A stretch of DNA of 64,000 bases, from positions 608,001-672,000 of the forward strand of contig CAXXFF010000003.1 in assembly GCA_963676835.2 (NCBI GenBank), read 5' to 3'. Numbering within the stretch: position 1 is the stretch's first letter; each line of letters begins with the position of its first letter. The position numbers were made by a program, and so were the translations under genes. This document shows, piece by piece, positions 46,629-56,212 of this stretch. The notes beneath the pieces are model-generated. The model ran no database searches, was not told where the DNA came from, and was given only the letters and a program-made list of their open reading frames with translations. This stretch comes from Marispirochaeta sp. Its GTDB lineage: Bacteria > Spirochaetota > Spirochaetia > JC444 > Marispirochaetaceae.

Positions 46629-48284
46629 ATGACAAAAGCATGGTGGAAGGAAGCAGTTGTCTACCAGATTTACTGCCGCAGCTTTATGGATTCCAACGGG
46701 GACGGAATCGGTGATATCCCGGGAATAATAAGCAAACTTGATTACCTGAAAAACCTGGGAGTTGATACCATCTGGCTTAACCCGATATACAACTCTCCCA
46801 ATGATGATAACGGCTACGATATCAGCGATTACCGAAATATAATGGACGAATTCGGTACCATGGGGGATTTCGACATTCTCCTTGAAAAAGTTCACTCTCA
46901 TGGTATGCGGCTTATAATGGATCTTGTGGTGAACCATACCTCCGATGAACACCCATGGTTTGCAGAAAGCCGCTCTTCCGCTGACAATCCCAAAAGGGAT
47001 TACTATATCTGGCAGCCTGGAAAAGATGGAGAAATTCCCAACAACTGGAACAGTTTTTTTGAGGGCCCCGCCTGGGAACTGGACAGTGCAACTGGCGAAT
47101 ATTACCTGCATCTCTTTACCCGTAAACAACCGGATCTCAACTGGGACAATCCGGCAGTACGCAGGGAAGTAAGGGAGATTATACAGTTCTGGATGAAAAA
47201 AGGCATAGACGGCTTCCGCATGGATGTAATTAACCTTATATCCAAAACTCCCGGGCTGCCTGACGGCACCGATCCCCACAACATTCGCGGCCATGAATAT
47301 TTCGCCAACGGACCGAAGATTGACGAGTACCTGAGCTGGGTACAGAAAAGCCTTGAAGGCTATAACGCCATGACCGTAGGAGAAACGGTCTGCGCAGATC
47401 TGGATACCGTATCCCGCTATGTGGACGAGGAGACGGGATTTCTCAATATGGCGATCAACTTTGAACATGTCAGCATCGACCGGAACCTTGGACCCTTTGA
47501 CGAGATTCCTCTGGAAATCCCCAGACTTAAACGCTGTCTCTCATCATGGCAGGAAAAACTGGACGGCAGGGGCTGGAACTGTCTCTATATGAGCAACCAC
47601 GACCAGCCGAGACAGGTCTCCCGCTACGGCAGGGATGATAAATATCACCGGGAATCGGCAACCCTCCTGGCAACTCTGCTCCATACCCTTCAGGGGACAC
47701 CATTTATAATGCAGGGAGAAGAGCTGGGCATGACCAACGTCTCCTTTGCCTCTATCGAAGAATACAGAGATGTAGCCACCCTGAACTATTATAGAGAATC
47801 CATCCAGAATGGTGATGCACCGGAAGATGTGTTGAAGCGTGTCAACCGCTGCAGCCGGGATAACGCCCGCACCCCCATGCAGTGGACCAGCGAGACCAAC
47901 GGCGGATTTACCACCGGCACTCCCTGGATCGGACTTAACCCGAACTACACCCAGATAAACGCCCGTGATCAGGAGTGTAATCCGGATTCTGTTCTTAACT
48001 ACTACCGCAGGCTCATAAATCTGAGACGGAAACATGCTGTTATGGTGTATGGAAATTTCAGAGAGATAGATCCGCCGCATCCGCAGGTTTATGCATACCG
48101 GCGCCTTTATAACGGCAGTGAACTAACGGTAGTTCTGAACATGTCCGATACCGGGACAGAGTTTCAGCTGCATGAGACACAAAAGCAGCAGGATCTTCTT
48201 ATCGGGAACTATGCCGACAGTCCAGAGTACAGAGCGTCCATACAGCTGAGACCCTGGGAAGCTTCAGTCTGGATCAGTCTCTGA
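46629..48284 (+). CDS. GH13 oligo-1,6-/alpha-glucosidase
   Basis: WWKEAVVYQIY, DNGYD, DLVVNHTS, QPDLN, GFRMDV, VGE, NHD, RDNARTPMQW. Confidence 0.95.
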   Translation: MTKAWWKEAVVYQIYCRSFMDSNGDGIGDIPGIISKLDYLKNLGVDTIWLNPIYNSPNDDNGYDISDYRNIMDEFGTMGDFDILLEKVHSHGMRLIMDLVVNHTSDEHPWFAESRSSADNPKRDYYIWQPGKDGEIPNNWNSFFEGPAWELDSATGEYYLHLFTRKQPDLNWDNPAVRREVREIIQFWMKKGIDGFRMDVINLISKTPGLPDGTDPHNIRGHEYFANGPKIDEYLSWVQKSLEGYNAMTVGETVCADLDTVSRYVDEETGFLNMAINFEHVSIDRNLGPFDEIPLEIPRLKRCLSSWQEKLDGRGWNCLYMSNHDQPRQVSRYGRDDKYHRESATLLATLLHTLQGTPFIMQGEELGMTNVSFASIEEYRDVATLNYYRESIQNGDAPEDVLKRVNRCSRDNARTPMQWTSETNGGFTTGTPWIGLNPNYTQINARDQECNPDSVLNYYRRLINLRRKHAVMVYGNFREIDPPHPQVYAYRRLYNGSELTVVLNMSDTGTEFQLHETQKQQDLLIGNYADSPEYRASIQLRPWEASVWISL

Positions 48285-48617
48285 TTCTCCCCAGGTAGTG
48301 GCGTTCAGGGCATCAAATCCCGGAGTAGCCATGGCATCATCAAAACTGATAAATCGGTAGCCCACACACTTTGTATCATCCAGGGCATAGTAGTTGGTTC
48401 CGTCCACCGCGTAAAGCCAGCGGCCTTCGCTGCCCTCCTGACTTTCGAGAATGCGAAAGGTAAAGGGAGAGGACTCGGTGGGAAGCCGGAAATCGGCACT
48501 GGTAAGCATAAGCCGCAGGTTACCGCCCAGGGGAGTAAAGAACACTGCCCCGAGGGAGAAAAAAAGTACCGCTGCTGCTATTTGAAGAGAAATCTTAAGA
48601 ATCCGTCTGATATTCAT
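48264..48617 (-). CDS. Hypothetical protein with N-terminal TM
   Basis: ATG ORF with hydrophobic N-terminus; 21-bp tail overlap with GH13 gene. Confidence 0.6.
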   Translation of the reverse strand: MNIRRILKISLQIAAAVLFFSLGAVFFTPLGGNLRLMLTSADFRLPTESSPFTFRILESQEGSEGRWLYAVDGTNYYALDDTKCVGYRFISFDDAMATPGFDALNATTWGESETDPD

Positions 48618-48706
48618 TGCTTAACCTGCCGGGTAAAATCTACAGAAAAAACCCCGGACTGAAAAGTACCATTTACCCCCGTCCTCTCTGCAGGTAGACT
48701 GTAACC

Positions 48707-49429
48707 ATGCCTCATAAGAGTCTGGAATGGCTGCTGTCCCGGCAGACAAAAACAGTACAAAAAGACCCCCGCTTTGCCCTGCTTGAGAAGTATCTCCACC
48801 AGGACCTTCAACTTAAAGGCGTAAAGCTCGGTAAGCGTGAATACAGGCTTATGAGCAAAGGGGTGATACAACCGAAGCATGTCTCCAATTTTATACAAAC
48901 CTACCGCATGCCCCGGCATCCCTTTTTCCTGCTCTTTTTCGAATTGAAACAGGATGAAGCTCTGCAAAAGGAGATCAGAAAATCCTCAAAGAAAGACTTT
49001 ATCCTGAAACAGCTTAAAGAGCTTCCCGGGGATGTACGCAACTATCTTTCTGCTCTGGCAAAAATAGAACAGAATATTAACCATGCAGGAAAGAATCCTG
49101 TCTGGAACAGAATAATGGTTCCCTCTACAAAAAAGGCCGCCATGGAATACCGCAATTTCAGCCTTGCAGACTGGGAATCCTTAACAGAACGCTTCGGGCG
49201 ACAGATATCTGTGAGATATCCCGGCGTTCCTGAAGATAGCTGGAAAAAGATGTTCAGTGCTTTTTTACTCGGATACCTGCCTGAGCCGGGGCTGATTCTG
49301 CCTGCAGACCCGGAAGAGATTCGCCGTCAGTACCGCAGGATGTCCCTGGAGTGTCATCCCGATACCGGGGGAAATGAAGTAATTTTCAGAATGCTGAAAG
49401 ATGCCCGGGATAGCCTGCTGGAATCCTAG
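48707..49429 (+). CDS. Protein with C-terminal J-domain
   Basis: EIRRQYRRMSLECHPDTGG...F..L..A. Confidence 0.8.
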   Translation: MPHKSLEWLLSRQTKTVQKDPRFALLEKYLHQDLQLKGVKLGKREYRLMSKGVIQPKHVSNFIQTYRMPRHPFFLLFFELKQDEALQKEIRKSSKKDFILKQLKELPGDVRNYLSALAKIEQNINHAGKNPVWNRIMVPSTKKAAMEYRNFSLADWESLTERFGRQISVRYPGVPEDSWKKMFSAFLLGYLPEPGLILPADPEEIRRQYRRMSLECHPDTGGNEVIFRMLKDARDSLLES

Positions 49430-49456
49430 GCTTTTTGCCTGTTTGCCTTTGACTTA

Positions 49457-49496
49457 CAACTCTGCAACTCTGCAGCTCTGCAGCACTGCAGCTCTC
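49457..49496. repeat. Five tandem 8-bp units (CA[A/G]C[T/A]CT[G/C])
   Basis: caactctg caactctg cagctctg cagcactg cagctctc between convergent genes. Confidence 0.75.
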
Positions 49497-49509
49497 CCGG
49501 GTTAAGCCT

Positions 49510-50337
49510 TTACATAGCCCGTTTAATTACCCAGTCGAAGATACGGTCCGGAAGTAAGGAACGGAGAAATATTGAAGGCTTTGCCATGAAACCGACGGCA
49601 TACCGGGTTTTCGGTCTGCGGGCCTTCAGGGATTTTGCTATTGTCCCGGCAATGAGTTCGGGCTGAGACAAGCCTTTTCCCCGGTACATCTTCTCTATAC
49701 GGTCTGCAGCAGCCAGAGCCTGCTTTTCGTAGGCACCACCGGTGGATGTCTTTCTCAAGTTTTCCGCAGCGATAATGCCCCAGTCGGTTTTTATTCCACC
49801 GGGCTCAATAATGATTACATCGATGCCAAAGGGTGCAGTTTCAAGACGCAGGGAATCGGAAAGACCTTCAAGGGCATGCTTGGTAGCATGATACCAGCCG
49901 CCGAAGGGGGTATAAATCTTTCCCCCCATGGAAGAGATGTTTACGATTTTTCCCCAGGATTGGTGCCGCATGGAAGGAAGAACCAGCTGGGAAAGCCGGG
50001 CAAGGCCGAAAATATTTACCTCAAACTGACGCCGGGCTTCCTGTACCGGGACATCTTCCAGCGCCCCGTAAGAGCCGTAACCTGCGTTGTTGATCAGTAT
50101 GTCGATGGAGCCTTCATTTTTTATAATAGCATCTACACCGGACTGCATTGATCCGTCGTCTGTTACATCCATGGCAAGAACCTCGGCTCCGCCGGATGAA
50201 AGCTCCTGCATCAATTCAAGCCTGCGCGCAGCGGCATACACTTTTACGCCCTCTTGAAGAAGATCTCTGACCACTGCCTTGCCAATCCCTGATGATGCTC
50301 CAGTTACAAGGGCTGTTTTTCCGGAAAGTCCTGCCAC
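49510..50337 (-). CDS. SDR-family oxidoreductase
   Basis: TGASSGIG, NNAGYG, YHATK. Confidence 0.92.
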   Translation of the reverse strand: MAGLSGKTALVTGASSGIGKAVVRDLLQEGVKVYAAARRLELMQELSSGGAEVLAMDVTDDGSMQSGVDAIIKNEGSIDILINNAGYGSYGALEDVPVQEARRQFEVNIFGLARLSQLVLPSMRHQSWGKIVNISSMGGKIYTPFGGWYHATKHALEGLSDSLRLETAPFGIDVIIIEPGGIKTDWGIIAAENLRKTSTGGAYEKQALAAADRIEKMYRGKGLSQPELIAGTIAKSLKARRPKTRYAVGFMAKPSIFLRSLLPDRIFDWVIKRAM

Positions 50338-50394
50338 AAGCGCCTCCTATACTTCATAGAAAATAGTGATCATGGCAGGAACAGTCAAAACTAA

Positions 50395-51057
50395 TTATCC
50401 CCGGGCTTTTACCAGAGCATTTTCCACGGCAGACATTATCCCGTGACAGCTGGCAGTTGCTCCGCTGACGGTATCAACATCTGTACTCTGGGCAGTAATA
50501 ATGCGATCGGGCATCAGATCATCCACACGGACAAACCAGCGCAGTGTTTCAGAATGGGAAACATAACTGATATCGGTAATTTCACCCCCGGCTACGGTAA
50601 CCGATACAGTAAGGCCGGGAGCGTATCCATCTGCAGTTCCGGTGTATGTACCGTCTGTAAGCTGCATACCGGTGAAATCAATCCCCTGGGGAATTGTTGC
50701 ATTGGACATATGATGCCCTCTGGCCCAGGTGCTGTAGGAGAACTGAAGAAGTACAGCAACACCGAGCACAGTAACAATCTGTGACGGAATACGCTTACGG
50801 GAAAACAGTTTCCTGAGTCTTTCCGGAATCATTTTAACTGTGGTGTTAACCAGCCATTTTGCATGAAGCACAGTGTGCAGCGCTGCCAGTACTACCAGCG
50901 CAATTCCGGACCAGTCGTGAAGAAGCGCCACGGTTAAATAGGTGGAATCGGTCATTAGAATATTGAGTTCCGGAAACTTTATAATTCCGGTTATTCCACA
51001 GATCAGCAGGGAAACCAGCATTCCCATATCTACAATATAATTAACGGTTCTTTTCAT
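50395..51057 (-). CDS. DUF4405-like membrane domain plus FMN-binding domain protein
   Basis: LHDWSG...LHTVLHAKW; DGTYTG..GY; flavinylation-type motif VDTVSGAT. Confidence 0.82.
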   Translation of the reverse strand: MKRTVNYIVDMGMLVSLLICGITGIIKFPELNILMTDSTYLTVALLHDWSGIALVVLAALHTVLHAKWLVNTTVKMIPERLRKLFSRKRIPSQIVTVLGVAVLLQFSYSTWARGHHMSNATIPQGIDFTGMQLTDGTYTGTADGYAPGLTVSVTVAGGEITDISYVSHSETLRWFVRVDDLMPDRIITAQSTDVDTVSGATASCHGIMSAVENALVKARG

Positions 51058-51077
51058 GGAATCCTCCCGATGAACAT

Positions 51078-51332
51078 TTACAATCTGAATATGGCACGAT
51101 TCTGTAAAGCGATTGTGAAGAAAATATGGAGATTATGTGAAGCTAAAACAGCAGCTGCATCTTCCGGGTTGCCCGTAACAGGGATAACCAGGGGGACTGC
51201 ATCTACAGCCTCAAGGGCGTCTATATAATCACGGCTGAGAGATACCAGCTCCATTCCGGGAATTACGAATTTTTCAGGCAGAATTGTACCGCTGGAAAGA
51301 CCAATAACCGGTCTTTTCTTGTTAGTACTCAT
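51078..51332 (-). pseudogene. Truncated peptidase C26 / PuuD-like glutamine amidotransferase (N-terminal fragment)
   Basis: KRPVIGLS...DYIDALEAVDAVPLVIP, then ends before the GG.D and catalytic Cys motifs. Confidence 0.7.
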
Positions 51333-51337
51333 TAAAT

Positions 51338-52108
51338 TTACTCCGAAAATTTTTCCGTAAAGCTGTTGCAGACACGGTTGCGGCCGCCCTCTTTTGCAGC
51401 ATAAAGACATTTATCCGCAACACTGTAAAGCTCTTTACTGCTTAAGGCAGTGGTACTGTCCATCATGCAGTAGCCGATGGAGACTGTTAAGGCAACCGGT
51501 TCAGGGGAGGTATTGAAATTGAACCGAAGGTTTTCTATATGCTCACGGATTCGCTCGCACACCTGTAAAGCCGATTCACGGTCTGTCTCCACCAGCAGGA
51601 GAGCAAACTCCTCTCCTCCGATACGCCCTACCATATCCACAATGCGAAGCTCTTCACGGAGAACATCAGCAACCTTTCTGATAACATCATCACCTGCCAG
51701 ATGGCCGTAGTTGTCGTTTATTGCCTTGAAGTAGTCGAGATCCATCATGACAAATGCCATACTGTGCCCGTATCTTCTGCTGCGCAGAATTTCCGCTTCC
51801 AGGCCTTCAAAGAATGCCCCCCTGTTCAGCAAGCCCGTGAGGCTGTCCATGCGGCTTAAGAGGGTGATTTTCTCAAGGGCTTCTTCAAGCTGGCGGTTTG
51901 CAGATCCTAAAAGATTTCTGTTTTTCCAGATGCTGCGGTAAAAAAGGTAGGACATGGGCATACCTATGGCTATAGGCTTATAAATACTGTCAGCATAAAA
52001 AACCCCGTCAAAAAGTTGACTCCAGCCTGCAGAAAAGGCCGCGCCAAGTATTCCCACAAGGAGGGAGACCTGCCATGGTTTTATTCTATCTACAAAAGGT
52101 CGGTCCAT
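51338..52108 (-). CDS. Diguanylate cyclase (GGEEF), probably 5'-truncated or frameshifted
   Basis: DSLTGLLNR, DLDYFKAINDNYGHLAGD, I-site RIVD, RIGGEEF. Confidence 0.88.
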   Translation of the reverse strand: MDRPFVDRIKPWQVSLLVGILGAAFSAGWSQLFDGVFYADSIYKPIAIGMPMSYLFYRSIWKNRNLLGSANRQLEEALEKITLLSRMDSLTGLLNRGAFFEGLEAEILRSRRYGHSMAFVMMDLDYFKAINDNYGHLAGDDVIRKVADVLREELRIVDMVGRIGGEEFALLLVETDRESALQVCERIREHIENLRFNFNTSPEPVALTVSIGYCMMDSTTALSSKELYSVADKCLYAAKEGGRNRVCNSFTEKFSE

Positions 52109-52176
52109 CTGACCCCAGATACTGCCATCTTTTGAGAACTTTTACCAGTAGCAGGTGCACTCCAATTCCCGTAATA

Positions 52177-53124
52177 CTACTCACCGGCCTTACTGAGAAG
52201 CATAATATCTTCTGCGTCCAGAGACAGTTCCGGTGCCTCAAACAGGGTCTGCAGCTGTCTGGTACTGGTGGCACTTACAATTGGAGCTGTTATTAGGGGA
52301 TTGGCAAGAAGCCATGCAAGAGACACTGCCGCAGGGGAAGAATTATGCTTTTCTGATACCATATCCAAAGCCTCAAGAACTGCTTTACCCCGTTTATCAA
52401 AATATTTCTTGATTGCTCCGCCCCGGGTTGTTTTATCAAAGTCCTCTTCCGATCGGTATTTCCCTGTAAGAAAACCGGCCTCAAGAGACCAGTAGGTAAA
52501 AACACTTAATCCGTATTTCTTAACCACCGGTGCATACTCGTTCTCAAACTGTTCCCGAACAATCAGGTTGTAATGGGGCTGAAGAGAGGTGTATTTTGCA
52601 TATCCATTTTTTTCTGCAGCATCCATAGATTCGTTGATTCGTGCAGGAGACACATTTGAGGCTGCTATATAGCGTACTTTTCCCGCTTTAACGAGGGAAT
52701 CATAGGCCGCCATGGTTTCCTCCACAGGAGTCTTCTCATCATCAAAATGGGTATAGTAGAGATCGATGTAATCTGTCTGCAGCCGGGCAAGGCTTTCATC
52801 TACAGACTTTAGAATATGCTTTCTGCTTATATCTTTGGGGTGCTCCTTTGTCTCCGAGCCTACCTTGGTTGCAATTACAACCTTGTCCCTGTTGCCCCTG
52901 GCATTGAGCCATTTACCGATAATGGTTTCCGACTGACCACCCTTTCCGTCCACCCACCAGGCGTAGGTATCGGCGGTGTCGATAAAATTGAAGCCGTTGC
53001 CGGTAAACGCATCGAGAATTTCAAAGGACTGTTTTTCGTCCAGAGTCCAGCCAAAGACATTGCCGCCGAAGTTAATGGGGGCAATCTGCAGATCTGTGTG
53101 ATTAATAGTTACTGTTTTTGCCAT
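52177..53124 (-). CDS. Aldo/keto reductase
   Basis: GGNVFG, FIDTADTY, IATKVG, LQTDYIDLYY, QPHYNL. Confidence 0.93.
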   Translation of the reverse strand: MAKTVTINHTDLQIAPINFGGNVFGWTLDEKQSFEILDAFTGNGFNFIDTADTYAWWVDGKGGQSETIIGKWLNARGNRDKVVIATKVGSETKEHPKDISRKHILKSVDESLARLQTDYIDLYYTHFDDEKTPVEETMAAYDSLVKAGKVRYIAASNVSPARINESMDAAEKNGYAKYTSLQPHYNLIVREQFENEYAPVVKKYGLSVFTYWSLEAGFLTGKYRSEEDFDKTTRGGAIKKYFDKRGKAVLEALDMVSEKHNSSPAAVSLAWLLANPLITAPIVSATSTRQLQTLFEAPELSLDAEDIMLLSKAGE

Positions 53125-53321
53125 AATGTATTGTCCTTATAGTGAACAGTGCTGAGACTGTATCTGTTTTAACAAAAGGTACAAATGGTTACCGCTGCAG
53201 TCAAGTTTGGGGTTTTGGAGGGTTTCATAGAAAATTGCATATAAGAAACGTAATAATTACTGCATTATTCTTTACTTAAAATGAGTATTTAGATCCGTAC
53301 ATACAAAGATTATTTTTTCTT

Positions 53322-53583
53322 ATGCAGGTTGAATGGGATGAAAAGTCCTGATTATCTCCGCGAGGAAAGCGAATAAACTGGCACAGAGGAACTAAAGAAT
53401 CCAGATATTAACTACAGCGATATCGACGAACTTTCAGATGATTTCTGGGAGAATGCAAGAATCGAACAGCCGCAGAAAGTTTCGATTACCATTCGCCTGG
53501 ATGAAGATCTTATAGACTTCATTAAACAGAGCAGCCCGGGATCCCAGACACGCATTAATAGAATCGTGCGGCATTTACCATAA
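53322..53583 (+). pseudogene. Decayed BrnT/BrnA toxin-antitoxin pair
   Basis: MQVEWDEK* followed in another frame by VLIISARKANK (BrnT ends only); then start-less DINYSDI...ITIRLDED...QTRIN (BrnA). Confidence 0.8.
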
Positions 53584-53688
53584 ACTTGATTTTTATTTCG
53601 AATCTCCTTTAATCAGCCAAACCGGCGCTTCTGTCTGTGTCTTAATTAATAATTGGGAAGCACTGCTGCATAAATAGATCATCCTGGT

Positions 53689-53721
53689 GTATGAAATCTG
53701 CCAAAAAAGGTATGAGATCCC
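53689..53721. repeat. Direct repeats GTATGA(A/G)AT, 21-bp period (2 copies)
   Basis: Starts at 53689 and 53710; same context recurs at 55857-55921. Confidence 0.6.
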
Positions 53722-53817
53722 CTATATAGTCCCATCCTCTTCAATTGCACCAAACAGATATTTTACCCGGGGTCTTTTATCTTGCATACAAATATTTAAC
53801 CCCATATACTATTCTCT

Positions 53818-55212
53818 ATGAAAAGAAAGCAACTAAAAGAGCTGCATATATGGCTGAATAATCCCCGGAGAAAACCCTTAGTACTAAGAGGCGCACGGCA
53901 GGTGGGGAAATCTACCTTGGTAAGACTGTTCTCAAAGGAGATAGAGCTTGAACTTGTAGAAATAAACCTTGAACTCCACAGGGATCTGAATCGGGTATTC
54001 GAATCACTTGACCTGGAACGGATCATTCAGAACCTTTCTTCCGTGGCGGGAAAACAGATTAACTCGGGAACGCTTCTTTTTCTGGATGAAATACAGGCAA
54101 CCCCCCAAGCCCTGGCCGCGTTAAGATATTTTTACGAACAACGACCGGATATCGCCCTCGTAGCAGCGGGCTCTCTTTTGGAGTTCACCCTTAAGGAACA
54201 CTCCTTCTCCATGCCCGTAGGACGCATTCAGTACTTGCATTTGGGACCCATGACTTATTTCGAGTTTCTTGAGGAAACCGATCCCTACTTGTTTTCCCTT
54301 ATGGAAAATTTCTCACTCGCCCGCCCCCTTCCGGAAGCATCCCATAAAAAACTCATCAGTAGTCAGAGGGATTTCATGCTTACCGGGGGCATGCCCGAAG
54401 CAGTGCTGGAATATAAGGAGAGCCGGTCCTTCTCACGGGTCAAAGATGTTCACAGATCTATCGGCAATACTTATATGGATGATTTTTCAAAATACGCCCA
54501 AAGCGGCTACCTGGCCGATCTCCAGTCATTGTTCAGGAAAATACCTGCCCAGGTAGGAAAAAAAGTTAAATACGTAAACCTTCTGCCGAATGCCAGGAGC
54601 GCCTATACGGCAAACATGCTGGAACTGCTCAGCAATGCCAGAGTTATTTCCAAAATACATACAAGCGATTTGAGCGGTATCCCTCTGGGCGCGGGGAAAA
54701 ATGAAAAAAAATTCAAGCTGCTCTTCCTTGATGTGGGTCTCCTATCTGCCATGCTCGGACTGGATATTATAGATCTGCAGGGACTCACCGAGAGGGAGCT
54801 TCTTAATGAAGGGACACTCGCCGAACAGTATGTGGGCCAGCATCTTCTTGAGGGTAATTCTTCCGATATGGATTCAGGATTGTATTACTGGATGAGAGAA
54901 GCATCAAAAAGCAATGCGGAAGTAGATTTTGCCATTGCCAGGGGAATGCAAATCTTTCCCATTGAAGTGAAATCAGGCCTTTCGGGCAGTTTGAAATCGC
55001 TTCATCAGCTTATGTTTGAAAAACAACTGCTCTACGCCTTCCGTTTTGATTTACAACCTCACTCGGTTCAAGAGATAGAAACCAAGGTTTCAACCAAAGA
55101 TGGATTAAAAGATTGCCGTTACACTCTCGTCACGCTTCCTTTATATGCTGTAGAGAAAATCCCCTCTGTTATTGATAATATCCGGCAGGGGTCAGTAGAC
55201 CCGGTCCCCTGA
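53818..55212 (+). CDS. AAA_14 ATPase with DUF4143 domain
   Basis: GARQVGKS, LFLDEIQ, AAGSLL, GGMPE, EVDF, PIEVKSG. Confidence 0.92.
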   Translation: MKRKQLKELHIWLNNPRRKPLVLRGARQVGKSTLVRLFSKEIELELVEINLELHRDLNRVFESLDLERIIQNLSSVAGKQINSGTLLFLDEIQATPQALAALRYFYEQRPDIALVAAGSLLEFTLKEHSFSMPVGRIQYLHLGPMTYFEFLEETDPYLFSLMENFSLARPLPEASHKKLISSQRDFMLTGGMPEAVLEYKESRSFSRVKDVHRSIGNTYMDDFSKYAQSGYLADLQSLFRKIPAQVGKKVKYVNLLPNARSAYTANMLELLSNARVISKIHTSDLSGIPLGAGKNEKKFKLLFLDVGLLSAMLGLDIIDLQGLTERELLNEGTLAEQYVGQHLLEGNSSDMDSGLYYWMREASKSNAEVDFAIARGMQIFPIEVKSGLSGSLKSLHQLMFEKQLLYAFRFDLQPHSVQEIETKVSTKDGLKDCRYTLVTLPLYAVEKIPSVIDNIRQGSVDPVP

Positions 55213-55250
55213 AGAAAACTTTGGATGATTTCGTTAATCGCTTGCCGTAA

Positions 55251-55371
55251 TTATTTAGATAGTAGGACGTTTATTTCCGCCTGTTCGGCAAAACGGCTGT
55301 AGTTCAGTTCCTGCCCCATCTGTCCTGCCAGAAGGCGGAGCAGCAGTTCGAAGGCCTGCTGGTTCTCCAGG
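55251..55371 (-). pseudogene. Internal fragment of a second AAA/DUF4143-type ATPase
   Basis: Translates as LENQQAFELLLRLLAGQMGQELNYSRFAEQAEI; no start; ends approximate. Confidence 0.55.
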
Positions 55372-55410
55372 ACAGAGGGCAAGTGCTCAATCAGCGCTGA
55401 AACGACTTAT

Positions 55411-55770
55411 TTAATCATCAAAGCGATATGTTGTATTAGTATCGGCGTCATAACCAAATAAATATCCACCGGCAAAGTCACAGCCTAGGGTTCCCAAACT
55501 AGAGTTGGTAATAACGGTGGCACTCGTCTCCGTGTAAGTGTAGGTTCCTGTAATAGTCCAATCATTCGCAGGGTCTAAAACTAATGATTGTCCATGACTA
55601 TTTAAGATCATATAATAATCTGTTTTCACAAAGGAATCATTCAGTAAATACCAGGTCCCCTCAAAATTATTCGTAATCGTCGTATCCGTATCCGAAGCGC
55701 CAGTGTCGGCGCAAGAGGCCAATGCAATCACAATCGATATCAGCACTAATCCCCAAAATTTTATCTTCAT
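55411..55770 (-). CDS. Small hypothetical lipoprotein
   Basis: Lipobox LASC; SD AGGAG; FEGTW suggests a lipocalin-like beta fold. Confidence 0.78.
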   Translation of the reverse strand: MKIKFWGLVLISIVIALASCADTGASDTDTTITNNFEGTWYLLNDSFVKTDYYMILNSHGQSLVLDPANDWTITGTYTYTETSATVITNSSLGTLGCDFAGGYLFGYDADTNTTYRFDD

Positions 55771-55866
55771 CTTCTGTCTCCTTCTTAAAACAGCCCCTTC
55801 GGCTGTTCCGTATCTTTGTTAATAAAATGATAGTGAGGGCCGTCAGCATAAATAAATCATCCCGGT

Positions 55867-55921
55867 GTATGAATTCTACCTGTACAGAGTATGAGATTAC
55901 CGGGAAAAGGTATGAGATCCC
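55867..55921. promoter_or_regulatory. Three direct repeats GTATGA(A/G)(A/T)T at 21-22 bp period
   Basis: Starts at 55867, 55889 and 55910, upstream of the lipoprotein, divergent from the NarL-type regulator. Confidence 0.6.
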
Positions 55922-56212
55922 GGATGGAATCACCCCTTCTTATACCAGAGGAAGGCAATTCTCATCTTTTTTATCTCATATCTCATTCTTTGGGATGATT
56001 TCTAACATTCCCGGTTCCTTTTACTATTATGTGCAGACTCCTATGAATCTGACCCGGTTTACCGGTGGAACTAATTCCGATACCAACTCCATCTTCCATG
56101 TCTGCGAACAGGCGCCAAGGCTTTCTTCCCGGGCTGGAAATGGCCGGATGTTTCAGAAACGCGGAGCCAAGCAAAGCAAAATTTGAATTGAGCATGGAAA
56201 GGAATTAGACTT

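Noticed and set aside
55722..56195. ORFs 55722..56186(+) and 55983..56195(-)
   Set aside because: No recognisable motifs or SD; they overlap a promoter region; a gene remnant is possible but unsupported
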